Shown: positions 1 through 12,345 of the stretch, piece by piece
Layout: each line of letters begins with the position of its first letter
Position numbering within the stretch: the first letter of the stretch is position 1
Source: Sphyrna mokarran
Lineage: Eukaryota
DNA length: 64,000 nucleotides
Direction: 5' to 3'
Assembly (NCBI GenBank): GCA_024679065.1
Contig: JAGIQG010000032.1
Span: 13,268,001-13,332,000, forward strand
Notes under the pieces: model-generated
What the model saw: only the letters and a program-made list of their open reading frames with translations
Told to the model about the DNA's origin: nothing
Database searches by the model: none
Made by a program: the position numbers and the translations under genes

Positions 1-398
1 CTTGAGAAAGTTTTTCAGTAGTTTAACCTTGCTCAATCGGGAGATTTTGCTCCCTTGTAAAAATCCATTTATTAGTAAGGCATCTTTTTAATTGGTGCAG
101 TCGCTTTAGGCGTTTCAGCATTATCTCTTCAATTACCTAATAAAGAAGCAATGTGTGTGGCAAAAACTATGGAGATAACAATCACATGCAAGTGTTTATA
201 TGTTTCACTTTCACTCTTTCCATTACGGTTGTTGAGGATAATTTGCTCTGGATAAAGCATAATCTGCCATCCACATGTAAGACAGTCCGCTGTACTATTG
301 GCTGTTTCTATCCTTTGATCTAGTAATCTGTTATTTGTTGGGTAAAATAGAAGTCTGAACTTGTTAAAAATGCACTAGCAATTGTATACAAAAGCAAA

Positions 399-489
399 GT
401 GCAGAAACTCATGATCTTAAATTTTAACTCAGTTTCTTCTCTGTCCACAGATGCTGTTAGACTTTGCTGAGTATTTCCAGCATTTTCTG
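399..489 (+). mobile_element. Penelope-like element terminal-repeat fragment (decayed)
   Basis: ...ttaactcagtttcttctctgtccacagatgctgttagactttgctgagtatttccagcattttctg resembles the reverse complement of the copies at 51745-51826 and 63590-63690. Confidence 0.6.
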
Positions 490-649
490 GCAACTGTATA
501 ATTCCATTCTGGTGATGTCACAAGGACAAATCAATGAATTGTTTATTTTTTCCATAACATCAATATAAAATTCTTTCCCATTTTATAAAGAGAGGAGTCT
601 TTTACAGTTGTTAATAATCTCACAGTGTCAAAATTTTAAATATATGCAG

Positions 650-775
650 CAAAATCAACAAGATGCATTTTTGCAGCACCTTGAAATATAGGAAAACATT
701 TCAAGGTACTTCACAGAGGTGTAATTAAACAAAAATGGAAAGATCTTAAGAAGTGAGTTTTAAGGAAGGAAGATC
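650..775 (-). mobile_element. L2-type LINE 3' end fragment
   Basis: aacaagatgcattt...cacctt...caaggtacttcacagagg...gagttttaagga follows the same pattern as 43110-43360 and 51950-52090; resembles the recalled shark L2 3' end. Confidence 0.5.
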
Positions 776-784
776 TTCATTTTT

Positions 785-1515
785 GTGCATTGATGGGATT
801 GCTGCTGGCAAAGCCAGAATATTTTTGCTCTTCTCTAATTGCCCTCAAAGAGATAGTGGTGAACCATTCTCTTAGGCTGCAATCCATCAGTGATGTAGAT
901 ACACTTATAAAACTGGGAGAGAGGTTTGAGATTTTGACCCAGTAACAGTGAAGGAACAGCAACATAGTTTCAAATCCTAATGGTATGTGACTTGGAGAGA
1001 AACCCACAGGTGGTGGTTTTTCGATGCATTGCTGCCCTTATCTTTCTCAATGGTAGAAATCACAAACTTTGAAGATGCCCTTGTGGAAGGAGCCTTTGTG
1101 AGTTGCTGATCTCTTAGATGATACACGCTGCTGCCATGTAGGAGTTAATGTTCAAGATGGTGAATGGGGTGCCAGTCAAGTGGGTTGCTTTGTCCTGGAT
1201 GATGTTGAAATTGAGTATTGTTGGAACTGCATTCATCCAGGCAAGTGGAGAGTATTCCATCATACTACAGTCTTGTGACTTGGTGGACCAGTTTGGGGGA
1301 ATTAGGTTAGTCACTCACCACAAAATTCCCAGCTTCTGATTTGCTATTGCAGCCACAATATCTTTATGGCTGGTCACTGTTTCAGGTCAATGCTTAACTC
1401 CCACATTGTTGAAGATAGGGGATTAGTGATTGCAGCATCATTGAATGACAAGGGGAAAAGGTTAGATCCTGTCTTAATAGACATGGCCATTGTCCTGCTT
1501 TTGTGTGGCAATTGA
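785..1515 (-). mobile_element. Non-LTR retrotransposon (CR1/L2 group) ORF2 C-terminus plus 3' end, decayed
   Basis: Minus-strand ORF 1114-1314 MMEYSPLAWMNAVPT..NIIQDKATHLTG matches the post-RT motif (RSVMEYS..W....LD.IQ.KA.RLI). Its 3' end resembles the tail of the SINE at 30550-30870. Confidence 0.75.
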
Positions 1516-1719
1516 TCTCTTTGTTTGTCATATAGTTTCATGATTGCTGAATTTTGTGCTTTATGCAATCTCTAAGCATTTTTAATAGGCTAGGATTGAC
1601 TCAAACCATTTCATATGAATTATTTAGAAGTTAAGCCACAGTTTGATAGGTAAATATGCCATTACTTGGCCAAAAAAACCCCCCAGAAGTAGCAATTACA
1701 ATAATTAATAATATTGTGG

Positions 1720-1935
1720 TAGTAATGGTTGATGGAACGGGAAAGCAGGAAATACTTTGCTCTTGAAATAAAATGATGGAATCTCTAAAGTCAGATAAAC
1801 AAGAGAGAGACCTCAGTTTAACACGCCAGCCTGAGAACTGCACTTCTGACGATGCAGAAACCTTCAATACTGTCAAGTATTAGCTCAGTGCCATATCCTT
1901 GTGACTAAATATAAGGTGCTAATTACTGAGCCCAG
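1720..1935 (-). mobile_element. Deu-domain SINE fragment (highly decayed)
   Basis: ctttgctcttgaaata...gacctcagtttaacacg...gcacttctgacgatgcag parallels the copies at 39500-39928 and 50203-50600. Confidence 0.45.
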
Positions 1936-3233
1936 TTAATGACCTAATTTATGGTTTCAATAGCTTGTGTTCAGCTTGAACTGGTCCTGTTTGAATGTTC
2001 AATGTACGTTTGCTCTGCTCAGGTAACAAGATGCAAATTCTGTTAATTACACACTTTTTCACACTTGGTATGTCACACTGCAGTTTGGAAACTTCAAATA
2101 ACAGTGGAACATTGATATCCTCAATCAGTACTTTAAGGCATGATAGTGTTTCATCTGTATAATATCCAGCATGTAATATGGATTACTGATTCTAAATATG
2201 TATAATAGTTGACCAATTAATATTTGGAGCTGAAATAAGCTGATGATTTGAATCTTTTTTGAAAAAGATTATTTCAGGATAGACAGAATGAGGTGAGATT
2301 GGCCTCACATCACAAAAACAGGAATGTTAATTTTGTTCCAACTTTAAAAACTGAAATTTATGCCATTCAAAAATGATTCTACCTGGGTGTACGTGATTTA
2401 TGTCTACAATGACAGTTCATCTACTGATTAAGTAAGTTATAGCTGTGCTATTCTGCAAGTTAATTCTTGAAATAAGATGACTGCTGATTATATAAGCTGT
2501 ATTCATTACTGTTGACTTGAAATTTTTGTGTCCAATGTAAATTGGGAAGTTCTGTCATATGATAAAACATGCAGGAAAATGACTATTATTAGAGGGAGAG
2601 GGCTTAACATCTCAAATTCTTTAGTGTGAGAGAATTGTAGGCTTGACTCAAATTTAATTCATTCATATTTGTACAATTATCCACTTACAAAAGAATTTAT
2701 TGTCAGTAACTATTAAACAGGGCTAGCTCGAAAGATTTGTTAGATCTTCTGTAGGAACTTCTGTATAATTGATGCATCTCTGCATCAGATTTAAAAATCG
2801 TATGACAATACTCAGACCTAAAACATACAACTATCAGCGGATTCCAGAATGAGAGTGAGAGAGTGTGTTCTGCATGTAATAATAATGGTGAGTGTTGTGA
2901 ATGTGAGAAATACTATTCTTGAGACATATTTATGGAAAACAATGACATTGTTCACAACCTATTTTCACTTGTATTCCATGTGAAATGTTATTTTAAGGCA
3001 TGTTTGTGGGAAAACTATTTCAGACTATTCACACACTCATTCTCTTACTTACTCGCACCTCTCACTTGCAGGCCTTTCACCACCTCCCTTACCATCATCA
3101 TCCCTCCATCCATCACACACCCAACACTTCTCTTGCATTCACTGCCTCTTTAATTCTTACTATCTTATCTTTCAAGATATCTTTCTTGCTTAGCATCTTG
3201 CAATCTGTTCACCGCCTTCCAATCCACTCACAT

Positions 3234-3345
3234 GGCAGGATTTTACGGCCTCGCTCAACCAAAAACCATAAAATCCTGCCTGAAGTCAGTAGACCTTTCC
3301 ATGGTCTGCATGTGCCCACTCCTATTTTCATGGCCACTCTCTCCT
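3234..3345. mobile_element. MITE-like element fragment with internal hairpin
   Basis: ggcaggatttta...taaaatcctgcc is a 12-bp perfect inverted repeat (3234-3280); its start resembles the terminus of 40712-40934. Confidence 0.45.
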
Positions 3346-3399
3346 TTGCACTCTGATTGGAGAGCGTGGGAACCCCAGGAATTGATAAGAAAAGATAGT

Positions 3400-4420
3400 G
3401 AGAGCAGCTGCTGATTGGAAAGAACAGGAGCCTAAGGGCCAAAGGTTGAAAAATATTATCATAGGATGGCAGGTAAGTGATTGGATGATGAGTTTTACAG
3501 TTCTTTTCTCAGTCAAAAATTGAAACTTGAAAATGAGCAATTTAAAACAGATAAATCAATTAATTACTAAATATAAAAGTAATTATTCAATTTTGAAAGC
3601 TGGTCAAAAAAATAAAGTTGGCTGGACATGGGTGGTGTGCCAAGCTGCAGCATGCGGAAGTTTGAAAACAGCATGGAGATCCCCAACAACCATAATCTGT
3701 GCTGACAGTTTACAGGTTAAGGAAATTTAGCTCCAAGTAGCAGACACTGTGAGGCATCAGGGACAATTATTTCCAGGAGGCAGTCAGACCCTTTAAGTTA
3801 AGTCGAAATTTAAATTAATTATTTGTCACGGACAGGAGGATGAAGCATGCATGGGGATCTAGGATGTATTAGTGAAAGAATGTAAGCCCTTGGCCCTGGT
3901 TTTGACCAATAAGTATAAGATGCGTGCTACCATTGTGGATGTGAATAAGAAATGCAAGTGCATGGATAGATTGACTACAGTACTGTGGTGTAGAAGGTAA
4001 TTCATTTGGGGGCAGTGAAAAGGAATGTGATAAGGAACAGTTCAATAAAGTTGATTAATAGATACTGTTCTCTGCAGCCATAATTCTCAGTTCCAAAGAT
4101 GGTGTTGCCTGCCCAATGCCACAGCTAAGGACATGCCTCATGACTGGAGAATAACTTGGAATGGAAGGAGGAGAATCTGTCATGTGGCCCACGTAAAAAG
4201 TAGAAACACTGGTTAAACTAGGAAAGATATCCTGCTGAGAGTATGAGAGGAATTAGGGTCTAAATTAAAAAGCAAAGCCTTAATGGTTTTCTGCACTATT
4301 ATCTAAACCACATGCAAAGGACAAGTAGATTGGAGAATTAGATGCGAGTCAAAAAGTCATGTGTGAAAAACGGGTTTTGATTCAGTGGGTATTGACATTT
4401 CTGTTGGGATAGGCCTTACT
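3400..4420 (+). mobile_element. CR1 LINE 5' part: ORF1 remnant (zinc finger plus SGNH esterase), 3'-truncated
   Basis: Degenerate V.CQACSM..F (~3630), LTNKY (~3900) and CCLP.A..KD (~4100) motifs, typical of CR1 ORF1. Collinear with the second ORF1 at 5020-6140. Confidence 0.7.
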
Positions 4421-5501
4421 TCAACTTACTTAGTCCCACTTCAGTTTTCTACAAATTCACTTAGAACAGCAAAGCAGTAAGAAAATTGAGTGTAAGCTTG
4501 GAGTTTGGTAAGTAGGGAAGTTTCACGTGCTAACCTTGTTCTTAAATTTAGATCTTAAAATCTAATCTCGTCTGTCGTTAGCAGAAACTGGAAAGTACTG
4601 GATAAGCAGGCTTTGTTCTTTAATAATTTAGACACTGTAAACACACTCTCAGCTGTGGTGGGAGCTCAGTAGTTAATTGGCTAACTGGTTTGATAGTCCC
4701 ACTTCAGTTTTATATCAATTCAGTGTAGCAAATGCTGTATATAGTAAGAAAGCTGAGTACAAGCTTGGAGTTTGGTAAGTGAGGGAATTTGGTGAAGGAG
4801 AAGCAGGAGTTTGTTTTTCTTTGCTTTCTATCTTTCTTACCCTTTAGGACTGGTTCTTACTCTACTACCGGAAAGGAGCTAACTGATACAAATCTGGTAA
4901 GCGGGTAAGTTCTACTCTAAGGTTTAAGACAATAGGTAACTTGGTGGTGAAATTAATAAATAATATCAAAAAACTGTATATAAATAATTCAATTAAGTAG
5001 TTGTTTAAAACACATCAAGATGGCAGGGCAGGTGATCTGCAGCATGTGAGAACTCCTGAATTACATTGTGATCCTGTTGATCACTCTAGAATAAGCAATT
5101 GCAGCTTGTGGAACTTTGCTTGGAGTCATTGAGCTGAAAGCTAAGCTGCAGACACTATGACACATCAGGAAAGAAGAAAGTTACCTGGATGCTTTGTGCC
5201 AGGAAGAAGTCACACCTCTCAGCATAGAATCTTCTGATTTGGTCAGGACTGCAACTGAGGCAGATAAGAAAACCCCCTGGGCAGGTGTGTCAGCCTCTGA
5301 AATTGTCTGGCAGATTTGAAGTTCTTGCTTGTTTATGTGAAAGTGGGGGGAGCTAACTGATGATGACACCATGATACAGAAAGCTTTTCAAACGGAGGGT
5401 GCACAAAATGTAATAGAAGCAGGGGACCAAATAGTACGGGCGATAAACATTGTCCTTTCCAGCAAGGAGTGAAATACCAGATGGTTGTGTTGCCTGACAG
5501 T

Positions 5502-5725
5502 CATGATGTAGAGATGCCGGCGTTGGACTGGGGTAAACACAGTAAGAAGTCTGACAACACCAGGTTTAAGTCTAACCGATTTATTTGATAGTAAACTCAC
5601 AAGCTTTCGAGGCTGTCCTCTTCGTCATTCACCTGCCAAGAGGACAGCCTTGAAAGCTTGAGAGTTTACTATCAAATAAATCGGTTAGACTTAAACCTGG
5701 AGTTGTCAGACTTCTTACTGTGTTT
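5502..5725. mobile_element. Palindromic Penelope-like insertion nested in CR1 ORF1, with hammerhead-like cores
   Basis: Inverted arms 5535-5622 and 5638-5725 (88 bp, 3 mismatches counted) around a 15-nt loop; flanked by the duplication ttgcctgacagt (5490-5501 and 5724-5735). Same family as 35015-35152. Confidence 0.85.
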
Positions 5726-8700
5726 GCCTGACAGTGTCAGGGTTTGGGACATCTATTCTGGGCTGGAGAGGAACTTAACTGGGAGAGGGAAATCCAGATA
5801 AGGTATCATAAACATAGACTGGATGAGGAAGGAGGTTCTGTAGAATCAGTATGAAGAACTAGGCACCAAATTAAGAAGCAGAACCTCACAGGTCCCTGGA
5901 TTATAAAATGAGCCATTTGCAAATTGGCATTGGATAAATCACATTCAAGAAATTAATGCATAAATCAGAGACTGTTGTGGGAAAAGTGAGTTCCAGTTCA
6001 TGGGAAACTGGCATAATTGCTGGGGAAAGTAGAATCAGTAACGTTGGGATGGTCTATGCCTGAACCATGCTGGGACTGATGTTCTAATGAGCTGCATAAC
6101 GAGGGAAGTAGAGAGAGTTTTGAACTGAATAGTAGGGCAAGGGGTCAAATTGGGGAAGATATGGTATACTAAACAGCATAGAAAAGGCAAGAGAGTAAGA
6201 TACTAATAATGAAAATTATAAACAGACTATGGCAGAAAGGGAGAGGGAGTATAAATTGAGAGTAAATCAGCAGCTAAGGCTAGATGTTACAAAAATAACA
6301 AAAATTCAAAATTAAAGACTAAATATACACTATTCAAAACAAAACAGAGGAACTGATAGTGCAAATTGGAATTAATAAATATGATCTGATAGCCATTGCT
6401 GAAACATTGACACAGGATGACCTAGATTGGGACCTGAATATTGAGGGATGTGTGACACTTTATGCAGGACAGAAGTTAAGAATGAATGGAGGGTTAGCTC
6501 TTTTAATTAATAAATAATGGTATTAGCACATTAGAGAGGGAAACATTGAGTTCAGGAAACCAAGATATATAAGCAGTTTGGATTGAGACGAGAATTGATT
6601 AAGGGAGTAGTGGACCCACCCCCACACCCAGCATCTAATTGTCACTACATAGTAGGACAGGGTATGAAAGAAGAGATGATGGGAGCTTGTCAGAAAGGTA
6701 CAGGGATAATCATAGGGGACTTTAATCTACATTAATATATGTATACATTGGAAAAATCAGATTGACAAAGATAGCGTAGATGTGGAGTTTCTAGAATATT
6801 TTGAGATAGTTTCTTAAAACAGCACATTCTAAGAACAAGCTATACTAGTCCTGATATGGTGCAATGAGATAGGATTAATGGATAACCTCATAGTGAAGGC
6901 ACACCGAGGTGGTAGTGATCATAATATGATTGAATTTTACGTTCTGTTGCAGGAGAGAAGAGTGCACCCAAGTCCAGTATTTTCAATTTAAATAAGGGCC
7001 ATTATGAAAGCAGAGACAACTAGAATGTATGGGCAAATGTGTTTAAGGGATGGATAAATAGCAATTCAGTAGCAGACATTTGAAGGGATATTTCAGAATA
7101 CAGAGAATAAACAATTTCAATGAAAAAGAAAAAGTCCTGCCATCTGCAGTTAACTAAAAAAGTATTCAATTTAAAGAAATAGCATATATTTGTGTAAAGA
7201 TGAATATCAGGTCAGCAAGTTGTAAAGAATATAGAGTGCACCAGAGAATAACAAGATTGATTAAGAGGGAAAAACTAGAGTACAAGAGAAAACTAGCTCA
7301 CAATATAAAGATGGAGAGTAAGAGTTTCTGTTGATATTTAAATAAGAAAAGAGTTAACAACATGAATGTTGGTCCTTCTAGAAAGTATTTCTGTGAAATT
7401 GATAGAAAGTGGGACAATGTTAGATTAACTAAACAGGTATTTTGCAGCAGTCTTTGCTATAGAAACACAAATAATATCCCAGAAATAGCTGTCAACTGGG
7501 AAGTGGAAGGGAGAGAGGTACTCAGGAAAATTACAATCACTACAGAAGTGGAATTGAGCAAAGTGTTGGTTCTGTAGACTGACAAATCCCTAGATCCGGG
7601 TGGACTTCACTCTAAGGTCTTCAAGGAAATGGCAAATGAGATAGCTGATGTATTGGTTTTAATTTTTCAAAATTCCCTAAATTTAGGGAAGATTCCATTA
7701 AATTAGAACTTAGCAAATGTAACTCCTTTATTCAAAATAGGAGGGAGACAGAAAGGAGGAAACTACAGGCTAGTTAGCCTATAAAGGAAAATCTTAGAAG
7801 CCATTATTAAAGATGTTTCAGCAGGGTACTTGGAAAAAATTAAGGCAATCGGGTAGAATCAAAATGGTTTTGGAAAAGGGAAACCATGTTTAACCAATTT
7901 AATGGACCTACTTGTAGGAGTCACATACTAAGTAACCAGTACTTAGATTTCCAGAAGGCATTTGATAAAGTGCCATGTAAGAGGTTATTGTGGAAAATAA
8001 ATGTTCAGAATGTATAGGTAACAGATTGGCATGGATAGAACATTGGTCAACTAACAAGAAACAGCAAAAATGGATCTTTTTTTGGTTAGCAGGGTGTGGT
8101 GAGTTGTGTGCAACTGATCATTGCTTATGTCTCAACTTATTACAATTTATATAAATTACTTGGGTGAAAGCACTGCGAATATGTTGCTAAATTTGCTGAT
8201 GATACAAGGATAGGTAGAAAAGTAAATTGTTTAGACGATCTAAGGGAGCTACGATGAGATAGAGAAAGGTTAAGTGAGTGAGCAAAAATCTGGCAAATTG
8301 AGTATAATGTGGGCAAATGTGAAATTGTCCATTTTTGCAGGAAGAGTAAAGCAATGTATTATCTAAATCATGAGAAATTACTTGCTCTGAGATACGGAGG
8401 GTTCTGGATGCCTTATGTGCATGAATCACAAAAGGTTAGTATACAGATACAGCAAATAATTAGGATTGCTAATAGGATGCTAATAATTGTTGTAAGCAAA
8501 ATTGATTACAAAAGAAGGGAGATTATACAGGGCATTGTTGAGGACCACATCTGGAGTATTATATATCGTGTTGGTCTCCTTATCTAAGGAAAAATGTAAA
8601 TGCTTTAGTTCAGAGCAGGTTTTACTTTACCAATATTAGAAGTGGGTGGATTGTCTTGGAGGAGAAGGTTGGAGAGGTTAGGTTTGTGCCCACTAAAGTT

Positions 8701-8875
8701 TAGAAGAATAAGGTGCAATTTGATTGAAACCTTTAGGATCCTGCGTGGTATTGACAGGATGTTCCTCTTGTTAGAGAATATAGAACTGGGAATCACTGTT
8801 TAAAACTAAGGGGTTGCTCATTTAAGGTGAGGAAAAAATTTTTCAAACGATCATAGGCCTTTGGAATTTACTTAA

Positions 8876-8909
8876 GAACAATACAGCACAAACAGGCCCT
8901 TCGGCCCAC
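8876..8909 (-). mobile_element. 34-bp CR1 3' tip inserted into the older CR1
   Basis: gaacaatacagcacaaacaggcccttcggcccac nearly matches 12371-12398; flanked by ttacttaa at 8868-8875 and 8910-8917. Confidence 0.8.
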
Positions 8910-11531
8910 TTACTTAAAAGATAGTGGAGGCAGGATTGTTGAATATTTTTAACGCAGAGCTAAATAAATTCTTGACTAACAAGTGGGTAAAATGTTATCA
9001 GAAGTAGGCAGATATATCAGGTTGAGGGCCTAACCAGATCAGCCATAATTTTATTGAATGGTGGAGTAGGCATGAGGGGTCACGTGGTTTACTCCTGCTC
9101 CTAGTTTATATGTCTGTAATCAATGGCAAGTATTAAACATGGGTATACATAACTTCTTATTTGTGGCAAAAGTATTAACCTCAAATCCAAACTGGTGGAA
9201 AGGCTGTAGCAATGGAACTGGATTGTTTTCTTGATTTTAAATGGCAGGATAATTGATAGTCTATAACTTTTGTGTACATATTAGCATGAATTAATGTTGC
9301 TGAAGAAATTATTAAGCCTTTGGTGCAGCAACAACAGGATATAGCATCTTTAATGTAACAAAAACACTTTTTATTTGTTTATGGGGTGGGGCGTTACAGC
9401 AAGAACAGCATTTATTGCCAATCTCTAATTGTTCTCAAGAAGGTGATGATGATACTTCATAGGAATATAATCATCTCATCAAATAAAATTACACCAAGCC
9501 ACAAAAGGTGGCACTGCGACAGATAAGAAAAAGCTTGGTCAATGTGGAGTGTTTTAAGGCAAGTCTTGAAGGAGGTAAGAGAGGCAACCTAATATCTATT
9601 GTTTATACATTCAATGTAATGCTTTACCTGTGGGAAGGGAAAAAAAGTTGTGACTTCAACAGTTATAAGCTTTGGGAGGAAGACAATTTGCACATTGCAC
9701 TTGTTAATCTATTCTCTTTGGTAATATTCAAGTGTCAAGTTTTCTTTATCATCATGGGAATGGGGCTGTAATTACAGTGAAAGCATAAATCATTTTTGGA
9801 TGCCTGTTGGAAAAAGTATAATTGCAATGAAGTTTAGTCTTTTTTTAAGTTAACTAGTACAACACATGATGTTTAATTAATCCTGCAGCAGCTGTGTCAG
9901 GCATGCAAGATGTCTGATAATCAGAAGTTTAATTTTAAAGTGATTATACTTTTTTTTCCTTCATTACGGTGGAGATGAAAAATGTATGTCTTCAGAACAA
10001 CTTGCTTTGGTTTTAGGCCTTTGACACAAAAAGCATAGACACATCTTCTCGGAGTGACCCATTGATTAGTTAGACCCAGTCTGATCCTGACACTTTAAAA
10101 GCCCAGTTGATCTGTCAGCTTGCACAGCAACATTATTCCCCTCACCCAATCTAATTACACCGAACAAGTGACAAAGGTAAAGAGACCAGTCTATCCTCAA
10201 TGTCAGTCTGGCACTGCGTAAATTAATTTGCTTCAGGTTTGTGTGTTAGGCAAAGCAAATGAGGATTTGAACATATAAAGACATGGCACAAAGCCAGATT
10301 GAGGGGGAATGGTGGGGGATGGTGTCAGAGCGACTGGGAATGATCCACAGTCAGTAATTGAAGCAGTTTTACATTTTGTGAGCTTAGCCTCTGTATAGCT
10401 TGGCCAAAGCCTGTGGTAAGATGAGGGAATCTGCTGACATTGAAGACTGTTTGAACCTGGTGATAACTGAAAGAACAAAGGTCTCCTCAGCTTCATCGCA
10501 CCTTCCAAACAGCAGGCAATGGATGATCTCCAAAGCAGTTCTGCAATGCCTGGAATGATCATTTACTGCTGTGGGACCACAGCTCTCAATATCCAAGAGA
10601 TTCAAACCTGCAAAAGCATGAGTATCTTAAGATAAACAACTTTCAAATTAAAAGAATCTTAAATAAAGCTCAGCTGCTGTGTTTGTTCAATGGCAATGCT
10701 TTCATTTCTCGCTTCTCACCTGAATGGGAAATGCCAGCAGGGGCCACATCAGTTACCTGCCGACATGCTGAAAATGATTGATGAGCTGCCTCAGGCACTG
10801 GAGTATACTTTGTCAACCACTCATAATTTATACATCTTATCTCTGTCAGAACAAAAGACTGGATGCTGCTCATGGACACGGTGGCTATTTGGGTTGTGGA
10901 GTTCAGTACAAACTGATAATTTTGATATCCGTCTGCTCACTCCATCATCAGGCCTCAGCAGTTTGTCTCTGTTCCTGGACTGTATCAACTAAAATTCTGA
11001 GTAAAGCTATTGGCAGCTGGTTCTGGGAATGCAGGCTGTATGGCAACTCTACATGATGCAAAATTCTCTTTCTTGCAGCGGCATGTAAATGAAATGAAGG
11101 ATAATTTCCCTACCTGTCACTGTAGTACAAGACAATAGCCTATCTGAAGATTTGAGATGATGTCATCAATTGTGCATTGATTTATCAATCCAATCATCTG
11201 ACCTCAAGATTTGATTATCTCTAGAAATTCATTCGGACGCCTCAATCTTGTTTACCTCATCTGTTTTATGTTTGTGGCAGTATTGTGAAGCTGATTCCCA
11301 GTCCACATTGTGTAAGCCAAGCTCACTTGAGGTGCAACAAAGGTGACAAAACTTATAAACTTTGAACTTTAAATTGAAATTCAAAACAGCCTTACTGAAA
11401 AGGAGAAAATATCAACCAGGTGATTTGCTGTTGATTACGCAAAGACCCCTGCTGAAAGGTTTGTCTGTAGAAACCAGTGAAAACAGTATTGATCATGATT
11501 GTGATAATCAACACCCTTCCCCACCCCCTCC

Positions 11532-12026
11532 ACAGAACCCATTGAATCCATTTGGTTCATCAAGTCTGCACCAATTTACCAAAACAGCATCCCACCCGGG
11601 CCTATCCCTGTAACCCTGTGGTTTACCATGGCTAATCCTCCTAACCTACACAATTTGGGACACCAAGGATTTTGAATTGATTTGATTTATTATTGCCATG
11701 TGTGTTAGCGTACAGTGAAAGTATACAGACAAAGCATACTGTCCATCGAGGAGGAAATGAGAACATACAGAACTTAGTGTTACAGTTACAGCTAGGGTGT
11801 AGAGAAAGATCAACTTAATGCAATAAGTCGATTCAAAAGTTTGGTGGCAGCAGGGAACGGCATGGCTAATCTACCTAAACTGCACATCTTTGGACTGTGG
11901 GAGGAAACCCACACAGACAGGGGAGAGAATATGCAAACTTCACACAGTTACCTGAAGCCGGAATTGAACCCATGTCCTTGGTGTTGTGAGGCAGCAATGC
12001 TGACCACTGTGCCACCGTGCTGCCCT
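11532..12026 (-). mobile_element. HE1/V-SINE interrupted by a LINE 3' end fragment (11672-11857)
   Basis: tRNA-like head (rc gggcagcacggtggcacagtggtcagcattgctgcctcac) and V-domain (ctttggactgtgggaggaaacc). The insert ends in a (tcaaa)n-type tail on the minus strand and matches 26440-26558. Confidence 0.85.
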
Positions 12027-12345
12027 AACCGTTCCATGGTTGAACAGATTGCCAACAATCTGCATTCAAATCTGATATAAAATGGTATATGTCTGATATT
12101 GATTTCTGTTCAGGGTGAACCCAACATTATAAGTAAAAAATTGAGTAAAAAATACATTTTTGAAAAATCAAATTAATGATTTGCTTTACGGCGTAGAATA
12201 TAAACCTATACATCTTTGATTCAAATGTATATAGGATTTGCTACTTTTTGCTTCCACCTATTATAGATTACAGACAAATTTGCTACCTATTTAGAAACTT
12301 TGGATCTCTTCCAAGATCACAAACTGGGTAGCTACTTAAACTATT

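Larger units (their letters stand above)
4430..9118 (+). mobile_element. Near full-length decayed CR1 LINE (5' UTR, ORF1, APE endonuclease-RT ORF2, 3' UTR)
   Basis: ORF1 start atggcagggcaggtg (5020); APE motifs YDLIAIAET (~6380), GDFNL (~6715), SDHNMIEF (~6915); RT motifs DFQKAFDKVP (~7945), KFADDT (~8190), KCEIVHF; CR1-type 3' end ~9060-9118. Many stops and frameshifts. Confidence 0.92.
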
